From the IMG/VR virus record IMGVR_UViG_3300011435_000008, positions 1 through 44,465 of that record: 44,465 nucleotides of DNA; one strand, 5' to 3'. A model generated the notes under the pieces. That model was not told the DNA's origin and made no database searches. It saw nothing but the letters and a program-made list of their open reading frames with translations. Source of the DNA: a virus. Of the stretch, positions 1 to 8,499 are shown piece after piece. How positions within the stretch are numbered: the first letter of the stretch is position 1; the number at the start of each line of letters is the position of its first letter. The position numbers were made by a program, and so were the translations under genes.

Positions 1-123
1 ACGCCGCGCTACCACTACCGGGTCGTGGACCTGGAGACGGGGCGCGTCGTAAGTGAGCGTAAAAGTAATAGGCGCTACGTAGCTGCCACCCTGGACAGCC
101 GCCACTACTTTAGCCGGGTGGAC
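1..123. repeat. Terminal direct repeat, left copy (identical to 44343-44465). Most simply an assembly overlap of a circular or circularly permuted genome.
   Basis: Read directly: 1-123 (acgccgcgctaccactaccggg...tagccgggtggac) is repeated base for base at 44343-44465. Confidence 0.95.
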
Positions 124-213
124 CTAATCGGCAAAGGCCTGCACGGGAAACTAGTTAAAATACTCAGGGCGGCTGGTCTGGAGCCTGCACTAATAGCCTA
201 CCTGGAAAAATAA
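1..213 (+). CDS. 3' part of the junction-spanning small early protein (see 44298..44465).
   Basis: Open frame from position 1 to TAA at 211-213. Shares YHYxVxDxxGxVxSERxSNRxY...YFxRxDLxGKGxHGK with the 277..537 product. Confidence 0.7.
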   Translation, partial: TPRYHYRVVDLETGRVVSERKSNRRYVAATLDSRHYFSRVDLIGKGLHGKLVKILRAAGLEPALIAYLEK

Positions 214-224
214 TTTTATTTTTA

Positions 225-276
225 TTTGGTGGTTACGTTTCCGCTACCTATATTTGTGGAACAAAACACAAACAAA
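225..276 (+). promoter_or_regulatory. Promoter cassette copy 1: -33 TTTG (225-228), 20-nt spacer, -7 TATATTTG (249-256), conserved A-rich leader.
   Basis: TTTGGTGGTTACGTTTCCGCTACCTATATTTGTGGAACAAAACACAAACAAA followed by ATG at 277. Matches the Bacteroidota TTTG/TAnnTTTG promoter architecture. Confidence 0.8.
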
Positions 277-537
277 ATGACTTACACACTAAACGTAAAA
301 GAGACAGGAAACAAAAGCGCAAAATTTCATTATACCGTAACCGACGAAAACGGCGTGGTAATATCTGAGCGCAACAGTAATAGAGTATACGAGGCCTGCA
401 CCATTAACGGCGCGTACTACTTTGGCCGCCGCGACCTGGTAGGCAAAGGCGACCACGGCAAGACGTTAAAAATGAACTCGCACCAGCTGGCCGACGACCG
501 TATGGTGGGCTACGCTACAATAGCCTACAAAAAATAA
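277..537 (+). CDS. Hypothetical small early protein (86 aa); paralog of the junction-spanning gene.
   Basis: The ORF track starts at 226 (TTG), but that extension translates the promoter cassette. The ATG at 277 directly follows the conserved leader. Confidence 0.75.
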   Translation: MTYTLNVKETGNKSAKFHYTVTDENGVVISERNSNRVYEACTINGAYYFGRRDLVGKGDHGKTLKMNSHQLADDRMVGYATIAYKK

Positions 538-550
538 TCTTTCACCAGGT

Positions 551-574
551 CCAGGCCTCCAGGCCTGGGCCTTT
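551..574 (+). terminator. GC hairpin CCAGGCC-tcca-GGCCTGG with a weak T tract.
   Basis: 7-bp perfect stem 551-557/562-568, followed by gccttt. Confidence 0.4.
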
Positions 575-585
575 AACCAATATCT

Positions 586-804
586 ATGCTGGAAAAATTA
601 CTAGCTGAAAAAAAATCTTTGTACGTGGTGGCCCTGGAGTTAAATAGCGATATGACCAGGAAAATAACTAAGTTCCTTTTGACCCAGGAGGGCCGCCAGC
701 GTTTCCTCTACCGCCACCAGCATAAAATTAGAGTGCGGACCCTGGACGGGCTGCACCTGGACACACCAGCAAACCGTAAACGCTTAAGACGTAAAATTTA
801 TTAA
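586..804 (+). CDS. Hypothetical protein (72 aa).
   Basis: ATG ORF, tightly packed with its neighbours. No recognisable motif. Confidence 0.6.
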   Translation: MLEKLLAEKKSLYVVALELNSDMTRKITKFLLTQEGRQRFLYRHQHKIRVRTLDGLHLDTPANRKRLRRKIY

Positions 805-805
805 C

Positions 806-1159
806 ATGAATATAGAACTATTAGCAGGACCGCACGACCAGGTAACAGTAAGGCCCAGAGAGTTGGCCGTGGGCGACGTAATAACGGCCAGCTTTGGTAT
901 GCGCCGGGCCGTGGCAGGGCACCCTATTAGCGACGGTAGCAGCCACCTTTCCCCGATTAAGTACTGGCGCGTAATAGGTAAGTATTGCCGGGGCCGTAAG
1001 TGGTACATTAACATAAAGGCCGTAACGGTCCCCAGGGACCACCCGTACTATGGCCAGTACATTAACCAGGGCTGGAGCCTGGGCTACCAGATACAGGACA
1101 CCGAATTTTTAAGCATAGCCACGCCACGGTCGGCCTATAAAAAAATAGTTTTAAAATAA
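806..1159 (+). CDS. Hypothetical protein (117 aa).
   Basis: ATG 2 nt after the upstream stop. Ends just before cassette copy 2. Confidence 0.65.
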   Translation: MNIELLAGPHDQVTVRPRELAVGDVITASFGMRRAVAGHPISDGSSHLSPIKYWRVIGKYCRGRKWYINIKAVTVPRDHPYYGQYINQGWSLGYQIQDTEFLSIATPRSAYKKIVLK

Positions 1160-1160
1160 A

Positions 1161-1211
1161 TTTGGTGGTTACGTTTCCGCTACCTATATTTGTGGAACAA
1201 AAGCAAACAAT
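1161..1211 (+). promoter_or_regulatory. Promoter cassette copy 2 (-33 1161-1164, -7 1185-1192).
   Basis: TTTGGTGGTTACGTTTCCGCTACCTATATTTGTGGAACAAAAGCAAACAAT followed by ATG at 1212. Confidence 0.8.
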
Positions 1212-1376
1212 ATGACCGCAAATTTAGCCGCCGAAATAGCCGTACAAACCGTAATCCTGGACGCACTGGAGAAAGGGCACACCAACGTAAACGAAATGGT
1301 GGCCTACATGGAAACAAAAGTTTTTAACGACGCAGTAGCCCGCTACGTGCTGCTTTTAACCCAAACCTTTAACTAA
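1212..1376 (+). CDS. Hypothetical small protein (54 aa), below the ORF-track length cutoff.
   Basis: ATG sits exactly where the other cassette copies place their start. Translates MTANLAAEIAVQTVILDALEKGHTNVNEMVAYMETKVFNDAVARYVLLLTQTFN, stop TAA at 1374-1376. Confidence 0.6.
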   Translation: MTANLAAEIAVQTVILDALEKGHTNVNEMVAYMETKVFNDAVARYVLLLTQTFN

Positions 1377-1377
1377 T

Positions 1378-1584
1378 ATGGAAAACCAATACTTTTTCCA
1401 CTATCGCGACGTAAAGGTAACGGTAGAAAGGGTCCAGGAGGGCACAGACGCACCTACCTGGGACCTGGTAGTAGAAAACAAGGGCCGCGAACTTTACTGC
1501 GGCTTTGACTACCGCAGCCACCTGGAGGCCGAGGAAAGCGCCAGGACCTTTATAGACTCATACCTGGTATACCATTATTTATGA
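1378..1584 (+). CDS. Hypothetical protein (68 aa).
   Basis: ATG ORF 1 nt after the upstream stop. Confidence 0.6.
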   Translation: MENQYFFHYRDVKVTVERVQEGTDAPTWDLVVENKGRELYCGFDYRSHLEAEESARTFIDSYLVYHYL

Positions 1585-1871
1585 GAATGACTATTTACGC
1601 CAAAACCGAAATAAACCCAGGCCGGGGCCTACGCTCCTACACCAGAACCAGGCTGCGCGGCAGCGACGGCCAGCTATATTTCACCGACCAGGGCCTGGAG
1701 GAGTACACCAAAAGCCTGGACGAGTACGGGGCCATAAAGTTTACGCCTATACCCACCTACATAGGCCAGAGGCTAGAGGCCACCCGCTGGCACTCGCACA
1801 AAGTAAAGGGAGCAAATAAAATATTTCTAACGCACTTTAATTTGATACATGAGACCGACGCACAAAAATAA
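1581..1871 (+). CDS. Hypothetical protein (96 aa).
   Basis: ATGA overlap with the upstream stop. Confidence 0.6.
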   Translation: MRMTIYAKTEINPGRGLRSYTRTRLRGSDGQLYFTDQGLEEYTKSLDEYGAIKFTPIPTYIGQRLEATRWHSHKVKGANKIFLTHFNLIHETDAQK

Positions 1872-2157
1872 GGTAGGCGAAAAGGTTTGTTTTATTAGCG
1901 TTAAGTTTTACGTAGACGTGGACGCAATCGAAACGGCCATAATGTATTTACTGGAGGCAGACTACCAGGACAAGGCAAAGAAGATAACCAGGGCCAGGGT
2001 AGAAAAGGAACTGCGGCACCGCCTTTACAGGGGTGGGGACGAGGAGGTAAGAGGCTGCGGTATAATGGACCCAGGTAACTGGTTTACTAACCTGGACGCA
2101 CTAGTAAAGCAGGCGCAGTACTACGCTAAAAAACTATTTCCTGAATTTTATAATTAA
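1849..2157 (+). CDS. Hypothetical protein (102 aa).
   Basis: ORF overlaps the upstream gene by 23 nt. Start is uncertain. Confidence 0.55.
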   Translation: MRPTHKNKVGEKVCFISVKFYVDVDAIETAIMYLLEADYQDKAKKITRARVEKELRHRLYRGGDEEVRGCGIMDPGNWFTNLDALVKQAQYYAKKLFPEFYN

Positions 2158-2163
2158 ATCAAA

Positions 2164-2790
2164 ATGCAAAAAGACTACTACGCGCTAAATATTAGCGAAC
2201 CGCAAATAGACAAAATGATACAGCTAACTGAAACAGAAATGGCGGGCCAGATGGCCGCTATTTCCGTTAAGGAGGGACCGTTTAAGGAGGCCCAGGAACT
2301 CTACCAGATTTATAAGCGCGAATTTGACGCACTAACCGACGGGCTAGAGGCAAATAAATTGCTCCTGGAGAGTCTGAGCAGATTTAAACATAATACCAAA
2401 GCGTCTAAAGAAATTAGAGTTATGCGCACCACCAGCCACGTGGACCAAAAACCAGCTAAAAAACAACTTAGACAAATTAAGTGGGTTAAAATCATTATTG
2501 AGGCCCTCCAGGCGGAAAATAAGTTTTTGAGTTTCGAGGACCTGGTGCGACTACTGCCAAAGTACGGCGCACCGCAGCCCGACGTCCACCAGCGTAATAG
2601 TTTGCGAAATAATATGCTGCGCTCGGTTAAAATAGTAATGAGCGGCAACCAAAAGAAACAGTTTTTTAACGACAGCCTGGTACTGTATAAGGAGCGTTTC
2701 GGCCTCCTGAGTTGGTGCCTGGACGACTACACGCCAGACGCTACGCACATAAAAGAGTTTATGTACGACCGGGTAAAAAAAATAGTTTAA
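2164..2790 (+). CDS. Hypothetical protein (208 aa).
   Basis: Long ATG ORF. The antisense ORFs inside it are shorter and of low complexity. Confidence 0.7.
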   Translation: MQKDYYALNISEPQIDKMIQLTETEMAGQMAAISVKEGPFKEAQELYQIYKREFDALTDGLEANKLLLESLSRFKHNTKASKEIRVMRTTSHVDQKPAKKQLRQIKWVKIIIEALQAENKFLSFEDLVRLLPKYGAPQPDVHQRNSLRNNMLRSVKIVMSGNQKKQFFNDSLVLYKERFGLLSWCLDDYTPDATHIKEFMYDRVKKIV

Positions 2791-2796
2791 AATAAA

Positions 2797-2844
2797 TTAG
2801 GTGGTTACGCTAGCGCAGCCTATATTTGTGGAAACACAAACAAA
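2797..2844 (+). promoter_or_regulatory. Promoter cassette copy 3, with a degenerate -33 (TTAG) and -7 at 2821-2828.
   Basis: TTAGGTGGTTACGCTAGCGCAGCCTATATTTGTGGAAACACAAACAAA followed by ATG at 2845. Confidence 0.7.
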
Positions 2845-3081
2845 ATGACAATTTTTCAACAACTCGAAGCAGCCGCAAAAGCAAAAAATATCAGATATTC
2901 AATAATTGGCGACCAGATAGGCCTAGCCCTTAAGGACTGCGTTTTTTACTGGTTTATGGACCTGGGCGCGGGTGGCGTAATTTTCACGCATAAGTATTCG
3001 CAAAATACTGGAAAATCCAGCCGGGCTGGGCGCTATAAAGCCTATGAGTTTTTGAAACGCCGCACAGGCGTAGACGCATAA
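2845..3081 (+). CDS. Hypothetical protein (78 aa).
   Basis: ATG directly after the cassette leader; followed by a terminator. Confidence 0.7.
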   Translation: MTIFQQLEAAAKAKNIRYSIIGDQIGLALKDCVFYWFMDLGAGGVIFTHKYSQNTGKSSRAGRYKAYEFLKRRTGVDA

Positions 3082-3085
3082 AAAT

Positions 3086-3111
3086 AACCCGGCCACCAGG
3101 TCGGGTTTTTT
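3086..3111 (+). terminator. Intrinsic terminator.
   Basis: Stem CCCGGCC/GGTCGGG (one G-T pair), loop acca, then TTTTTT. Confidence 0.75.
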
Positions 3112-3125
3112 ATTATATTTAAACC

Positions 3126-3380
3126 ATGCAAACACTAGACAAAATAATAGACGCCTACCCAGAGGCCACGTTTTTAAAGGCCGACGGCCTGGACGCTGCC
3201 ATTATTGGCGTGGAGGCCGTGGACCTTCGCCTGGTATACGACGTTAATAAGGTTATCCAAATCCTAATGGACCGCGACGGCATGGAGGAGGGCGAGGCCT
3301 GGGAGTACTACACATTTAACATAGAGGGCGCGTTTGTGGGTCCGCAGACGCCTATCTGGTGCCAGGTATTTAAACATTAA
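3126..3380 (+). CDS. Hypothetical protein (84 aa).
   Basis: ATG ORF. The upstream TATATTTAAACCATG resembles the short-leader form of cassette copy 8. Confidence 0.65.
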   Translation: MQTLDKIIDAYPEATFLKADGLDAAIIGVEAVDLRLVYDVNKVIQILMDRDGMEEGEAWEYYTFNIEGAFVGPQTPIWCQVFKH

Positions 3381-3419
3381 ATATTTTTTTACCTTAACTT
3401 CGCTGGCAAACTTTACCTT

Positions 3420-4670
3420 TTGTCCTGGTTTTCCAATTTATTTGGCACGGCATACTTAAAGGACAGCATGTACCACCAGTGGTACCCCTACCACGTTTTC
3501 GGTGCTGCTCCTCAGTTTAATGACTACCACCGAGACACCGAAAAGCTGGCCGCCATTTTCTCAAACCCGGCGCTACTCAAAATTTTTTCTATCCAGTGCG
3601 ACCTTTTCAGCCTGGCGCGTCCTTATGTGTATAAGAAAAACGGCAACACTGCCGACGAGGACCCAGCCCTGGACCGCCTGGCGCAGCCAAACCCGCTACA
3701 ATCTACGGCAGATTGGCTCTGGTGCTATATGTTCTATAAAATGCTGGGAAATGCCTACCTATACGTAGATAGCGACCTGGTGGAGCGTCCAAACGCGCCA
3801 ATGTACTGGCTGGAAAATCATAAAATAGAGTGGCCCCTGGAACTGGAAAAGCAAAAGGACAAACTTTTTTTATCTGAGTCAAAGTTAAACAAGGTCCTGG
3901 GCACCCAGTTATTCTACCGCTACGAGGACGGCACCCGGTTTGAGTTTCCGCTAAAGCAGCTGGTAATTATAACCGACCTGACCAACGGCACGGGCAACTG
4001 GTTTAAAGGGTTTTCCAAAATAGACGCACTTTACAAAGTTATTTCTAATAGCGAGGCCAGCCTGGACTCAAAAAATATTAACGTGCGCTACGCGGGTAAG
4101 TTCCTGGTAGCTGGTACCACGGACCCCAACGACGTTACCCGCAAAATTATGGGCGAGGACGAGAAAAAGGACATAGAGGAAAAGACCAACGGCCCTAAAC
4201 AGGTGCACGCCGTAAAAAGCATGGTAGACATAAAGCGTTTTGTGGACGACCTAAAGGTGCTGGAACTGGACCGCTCCTACCTGGCCGACTATTTCCTAAT
4301 CGGTAATATGTACGGCATACCCAGGGACATACTAGAAGCCTATCAATCAAGCACTTACGAGAACCAGGAAAAGGCCCAGGCGCGGCACGTGGCCTATACT
4401 ATGGAGCCAGCTGGCGAAATGCTGGGCGCTGCACTGGCTAAACGCTGGGGCTACGCTGACAAGGGCAAACGTATAGCCTTTGGCTGGGACCATTTACCGT
4501 TTACCCAGGTATTTGAGAAAGAGCGGGCAGCTATCCAGCAAACCAGGGTGCAGACCCTGGCAAACTTGTTAAAAATTGGCGTACCGATAGAGCAGATAAA
4601 CGCATTTTTAGACACTAATTTTACGATAAATGCACCAGAAACAGAGCCAGAAACAGCAGGAAACGACTAA
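3420..4670 (+). CDS. Portal protein (HK97-family-like).
   Basis: 416-aa ORF (TTG start in the track) immediately upstream of the protease and capsid genes. General resemblance to phage portal proteins, from memory. Confidence 0.75.
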   Translation: MSWFSNLFGTAYLKDSMYHQWYPYHVFGAAPQFNDYHRDTEKLAAIFSNPALLKIFSIQCDLFSLARPYVYKKNGNTADEDPALDRLAQPNPLQSTADWLWCYMFYKMLGNAYLYVDSDLVERPNAPMYWLENHKIEWPLELEKQKDKLFLSESKLNKVLGTQLFYRYEDGTRFEFPLKQLVIITDLTNGTGNWFKGFSKIDALYKVISNSEASLDSKNINVRYAGKFLVAGTTDPNDVTRKIMGEDEKKDIEEKTNGPKQVHAVKSMVDIKRFVDDLKVLELDRSYLADYFLIGNMYGIPRDILEAYQSSTYENQEKAQARHVAYTMEPAGEMLGAALAKRWGYADKGKRIAFGWDHLPFTQVFEKERAAIQQTRVQTLANLLKIGVPIEQINAFLDTNFTINAPETEPETAGND

Positions 4671-4764
4671 AAAGCTGCAAGAAAAGGCAAAAAAGCTGGA
4701 CCCTAAGCTAAAGGCCCAGGCCCAGGAGAAAATTAAACACCTCGGTAAAGACTTTAAAAAATGA
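4630..4764 (+). CDS. Possible small, very basic protein (44 aa) bridging portal and protease.
   Basis: ATG at 4630; translates MHQKQSQKQQETTKKLQEKAKKLDPKLKAQAQEKIKHLGKDFKK. Its TGA overlaps the protease ATG (ATGA). It fills an otherwise unexplained 90-nt gap. Confidence 0.3.
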   Translation: MHQKQSQKQQETTKKLQEKAKKLDPKLKAQAQEKIKHLGKDFKK

Positions 4765-5609
4765 CCTGTAAAGAACTAAACCAGCAGTTTTCTACCCAGG
4801 GCCAGTTATTTGCCGCGCTCAAAGCCAATAAGGCCCAGCTTATAAACCTGAAAAAGGCCGCCATTAAGTGCTCGGACCCCGTAGACTTTACCATAGTGGA
4901 GGCCACGCTGAAAAACGGCGAAGTAATAAAAGGCGAACCGGGCCAGACCCTCAGCTACGGGGACTATATCTACCCGGTTATAAATACCACGGGCTACCTG
5001 GACAGCCATAAGGACCTCCACCTGGCAGGCATTTGGGACAAGAGCGCCACGGAGCAAAACGGAAAAACATACTACTTAATAAACCATAACCTGGCCATAG
5101 GTAAAGTAATAAGTTACCCCAACGAGGTGGAAATTATGTTAAAGACTATGGACTGGCGGGAACTGGGCCGCGACTATGAAGGGAGCACCCAGGCGCTAAT
5201 CTTTAAAGCCAGACTTACTGAGAACTCTAACCAGGACGCCTACCGCGCCATAAAGGCCGGGGCACCTATCCAGAACTCGGTGCGCATGGTCTACGTAAAC
5301 CTGGACCTGGCCATTAACTCAAAGGATAAGGACCTGGCAGCGGAAAAGAAACTTTGGGACACTTACTACCCCACAATAGCAAATAAAGAAGCTGCCGACA
5401 CAGACGGCTATTTTTGGCCAGTCTACGAGGCGAAAATTTATAAGGAGGGCAGCGCCGTGCTCTTTGGCTCCAATGACGCCACGGGCATTTTATACGACGC
5501 ACCCAAACAGACTGAGCCGCCAGCTGGCACTCAGAGCCGGGCCGCTACTGACCGCACCCGCGTTAAAGAGGAATTACAAAAGTTATTACTAAAAACCAAA
5601 AAATTATGA
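4761..5609 (+). CDS. Prohead (capsid maturation) protease, HK97/S78-like.
   Basis: Lies between portal and capsid. Segments ...TGYLDSHKDLHLAGIWDKS... and ...KEGSAVLFGSNDAT resemble conserved prohead-protease blocks. Confidence 0.7.
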   Translation: MTCKELNQQFSTQGQLFAALKANKAQLINLKKAAIKCSDPVDFTIVEATLKNGEVIKGEPGQTLSYGDYIYPVINTTGYLDSHKDLHLAGIWDKSATEQNGKTYYLINHNLAIGKVISYPNEVEIMLKTMDWRELGRDYEGSTQALIFKARLTENSNQDAYRAIKAGAPIQNSVRMVYVNLDLAINSKDKDLAAEKKLWDTYYPTIANKEAADTDGYFWPVYEAKIYKEGSAVLFGSNDATGILYDAPKQTEPPAGTQSRAATDRTRVKEELQKLLLKTKKL

Positions 5610-7075
5610 AACGTAAATTTTTAAACTTTCCTGCGCGGTCCGTCAGCTATCTGCCCAAGATACAGAGCCGCCGCCAGCGTATTGGCACCAGCCGCCATAA
5701 TATCGCGTACAAAACCGACGCACCGCCAGCCGACGAACTGACCGAGGCCGAGGCCATAGCCGCCATAGGTAAACAGGTGGACGGCTTCCAGGTTATGCTC
5801 GGAGAAAAGGCCGACAAGGCCGAAATAGACACCTTAAAGGCCGTTATTAACGACCTCCAGGCCAATATCGGTAAAATGGAGTCAGACAAGATAAACCAGG
5901 CCCTTAAGACCATTAACGACGGTAACGAGAGCCTGCACCGCCAGATTATCGAAATACAGGAAAAGCAGGCGGCAAATAAAGAGGGTGGCACGGGTGCCTC
6001 AGCAGGCCCCAGGATAACTACTAAGCAAGTGCAGGATTTTATTAAGGCGACCTTTGAGGACGGCAGAAAGACCAATAACAAAGCCGAAATAGAAATAGAG
6101 ACCGCCAAAGCTGCGGAAATTTTCAGCACTGCCACCTTTTACATGGGTGGCGCGGGTACTGACATTAGCGCAGTAACTGGCCGGGTGGTGGACCCAGAAC
6201 TACATTTCAGAAAAAGAAAAACCAATATAGTACTGGACTACTTTAATATTCAGGGTATAGGCGTACCTACAATAGTTTACCTTATTAAAGTAGAGGACGG
6301 CACGGACCCCGACAGCCTCAGCGGCGACAGCGGCGGAGCAGCCTGGATAACTTGCGGGGAGCAGAAACCAATGCGCAGCTTTAGGGTAACCACTGGCACG
6401 GCAACGGCTAAAAAGGTGGCCATTTTCGGCACCGTGGAGGATTGCCTTTTACAGGACGTCCCTAGCCTGGAGCGGTGGATAAGGGAGGACTTTATGGCAG
6501 AAATGAGGGAAGAAATAAACAACGGCCTTTTAAATAATAACCCTGCCGTAGACCCCGACGCGCCCCTGGGCATTAAGCAGAACGCCACCCAGTACATAGT
6601 TACGCCTGGCTATAATAATAAGTTTACGGCCAATACGACCAATTATATTGACCAGCTTATTGCCGTTTTTGCCATGATGCGCTACCGCAAAGAGGAGGCA
6701 GGCGTGGCCTTTGTTTCCTCAGACGTTTGGTACCAGATTTTACATTTAAAAGATACTCAGCAGCGTTACCAAAACCAGAACCTGGTTTATACCTCCAACA
6801 CAGGCCGCATTTATATTGCTGGCGTGGAAGTGGTGGCAGTAGACGAGGAGGACGTGCCTAGCACCCACGTTTTGGTAATAGCTAAAGAATTAGGTTTTAA
6901 AATTTATGCGTACGGGTCTATGGTTTTCGAGCGTGGCCTAAATGGTGAGGACTTCCGCTATGACCGCACCAGCTTTAGGGGCTACCAGCGTTTCCTTTCC
7001 TTTATTCCTGAGAATAGGGAAAACTCGGTGGTATACGACACCTGGGCCAACATTAAGGCGGCTATTGAAGCATAA
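5606..7075 (+). CDS. Major capsid protein (HK97 fold) with an N-terminal coiled-coil delta/scaffold-like region.
   Basis: 489 aa directly after the protease (ATGA overlap). Coiled-coil N-terminal ~130 aa (EIDTLKAVINDLQANIGKMESDKINQALK...), then a capsid-like body. Confidence 0.8.
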   Translation: MKRKFLNFPARSVSYLPKIQSRRQRIGTSRHNIAYKTDAPPADELTEAEAIAAIGKQVDGFQVMLGEKADKAEIDTLKAVINDLQANIGKMESDKINQALKTINDGNESLHRQIIEIQEKQAANKEGGTGASAGPRITTKQVQDFIKATFEDGRKTNNKAEIEIETAKAAEIFSTATFYMGGAGTDISAVTGRVVDPELHFRKRKTNIVLDYFNIQGIGVPTIVYLIKVEDGTDPDSLSGDSGGAAWITCGEQKPMRSFRVTTGTATAKKVAIFGTVEDCLLQDVPSLERWIREDFMAEMREEINNGLLNNNPAVDPDAPLGIKQNATQYIVTPGYNNKFTANTTNYIDQLIAVFAMMRYRKEEAGVAFVSSDVWYQILHLKDTQQRYQNQNLVYTSNTGRIYIAGVEVVAVDEEDVPSTHVLVIAKELGFKIYAYGSMVFERGLNGEDFRYDRTSFRGYQRFLSFIPENRENSVVYDTWANIKAAIEA

Positions 7076-7105
7076 CGCCGTCGTTTCTATGCCAAAAAAT
7101 TAAAC

Positions 7106-7357
7106 ATGAATAACAAAGAAAAAAACACCCGTATAGTCGTCTTTAAGGAGGACTATATGAGCGCACCAGGAAAAGCAAAGGAGCCGCAGGAAATAATTTA
7201 CCGCAAAGGGTCCACGCACGCCATACACTATTCGATAGTTAAAAAACTGGAGGCAAAAGGCGTAAAGATGGAAGTTAAAAAACATGACCCGGAGCCAATA
7301 ATAAGGCGGCTAAAGGCTGAAAAAAAGGCAAACCTAATAAACGCCACAGGCAAGTAA
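7106..7357 (+). CDS. Hypothetical head-module protein (83 aa, Lys-rich).
   Basis: ATG ORF after the capsid gene. Confidence 0.6.
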   Translation: MNNKEKNTRIVVFKEDYMSAPGKAKEPQEIIYRKGSTHAIHYSIVKKLEAKGVKMEVKKHDPEPIIRRLKAEKKANLINATGK

Positions 7358-7939
7358 ATGTTAATAGATAGCACATACTTTACCAATAAGCGAAACCTAC
7401 CCCAGACGGGTAACACCGAGGGACTGGCCGACGTGGACGCATTTATAGAGGAGTACGAACCCCAATATTTACAATGTGTTTTAGGCTATAACCTTTGGCA
7501 GCTTTTCGACGCTGCCACCTCTGGGTCGGGCCTGCCAGCCGAGGACAGGTACCTGGCGCTGCTAAACGGCGGCACCTTTACCCAAAACGGCTGCACTTAC
7601 CGCTGGCCTGGCTTTATGGCTAGGCCCAGCCCGATAGCTTACTTTGTTTATTACCAGTACGTGGACAACAAGGTAACCGACTTCGCCCTAACGGGCATGG
7701 TCGTTTCGGAGACTGATAATAACAGGCGCGTGGCCAGCGTGGACCGCCTGGTGGATAGCTGGAATAGAATGTGCGACCTCAACAACTTGCTAAAAGGCTA
7801 TATGACGGCAAACGCCAGTATTTACCCGGAGTGGCAGATATGTAACTACCCAGGACACTGCGAATGTGGGTGCAGCTGCCACGACGAGCCGCCAGGGTGC
7901 GACGACCTGTTTAAAAAAATAAACTCGTTAGGATTATGA
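7358..7939 (+). CDS. Hypothetical head-tail connector-region protein with a Cys-rich C-terminus.
   Basis: TAAATG junction. C-terminal CNYPGHCECGCSCHDEPPGC cluster. Confidence 0.65.
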   Translation: MLIDSTYFTNKRNLPQTGNTEGLADVDAFIEEYEPQYLQCVLGYNLWQLFDAATSGSGLPAEDRYLALLNGGTFTQNGCTYRWPGFMARPSPIAYFVYYQYVDNKVTDFALTGMVVSETDNNRRVASVDRLVDSWNRMCDLNNLLKGYMTANASIYPEWQICNYPGHCECGCSCHDEPPGCDDLFKKINSLGL

Positions 7940-8499
7940 TAGCCCCCGTTCGCATAGTGGACCTAATGCGCGGCCTGGTAGCAAAAACCAGTGCCGCCGT
8001 TTTGCCCACTTTGCAAGCGGTGGACCCTGGTATAACTGGCGTGCATTATGAGTACGGGCACTATAACGACGTAAAGGAGCGGCTAATGGCAAAGGGTAAA
8101 ACCGATAAGCCAAACCGCTACCCGCTGGTGGTACTGTTTGAGGACTTTGGAGTAACCAACGGGGCGCTGGGCATTTACGGGGTGGTGGACGTTAAGCTAA
8201 TGGTTTTGCACACCAGCCGTAAAGACATTACCAGGCCACAAAGGGAGGCCAATGTTTTTAACCCCGTGCTGGTGCCTATCTACGACGAGTTAATGGCGCA
8301 GCTTAAATTTTCTGGTTTATTCATGCAATACGGGCCTTTTCAACACAGGCGCATAGACCGCCCCCACTGGGGCGACCCGGCGCTATACGGAAACGCGGGC
8401 TATTTATTTGACGACATACTGGACGGCATAGAGATAGCGGATTTACAGCTGAGAACTTATTTAAATAACTGCATAAATTTTAAAACATGGAAGGCTTAA
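7936..8499 (+). CDS. Hypothetical head-tail joining / tail-completion-position protein (187 aa).
   Basis: ATGA overlap; call rests on gene order. Confidence 0.6.
   Translation: MIAPVRIVDLMRGLVAKTSAAVLPTLQAVDPGITGVHYEYGHYNDVKERLMAKGKTDKPNRYPLVVLFEDFGVTNGALGIYGVVDVKLMVLHTSRKDITRPQREANVFNPVLVPIYDELMAQLKFSGLFMQYGPFQHRRIDRPHWGDPALYGNAGYLFDDILDGIEIADLQLRTYLNNCINFKTWKA

Noticed and set aside
1-123. The 123-nt end duplication as a biological direct terminal repeat.
   Set aside because: This cannot be distinguished from an assembly overlap of a circular or permuted genome using sequence alone. A gene reads across the junction, which fits simple circular closure. Reported as a repeat with the conservative interpretation.
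226-276. N-terminal extensions of ORFs through the promoter cassettes (track starts 226, 26983, 27110, 35477, 42347, 42769, 43561).
   Set aside because: The extensions all translate the same conserved DNA (e.g. VVTFPLPIFVEQ, VVTLAYPIFVEQ). Most begin with TTG or GTG, and each has an ATG exactly at the end of the conserved leader. The repeat is a DNA-level element, not a shared peptide.
7070-7092. Hairpin GCATA...TATGC with a CGTTTC loop after the capsid gene, as another member of the terminator family.
   Set aside because: It has only a 5-bp AT-rich stem and is followed by an A-run rather than a T-run. Too weak to call.
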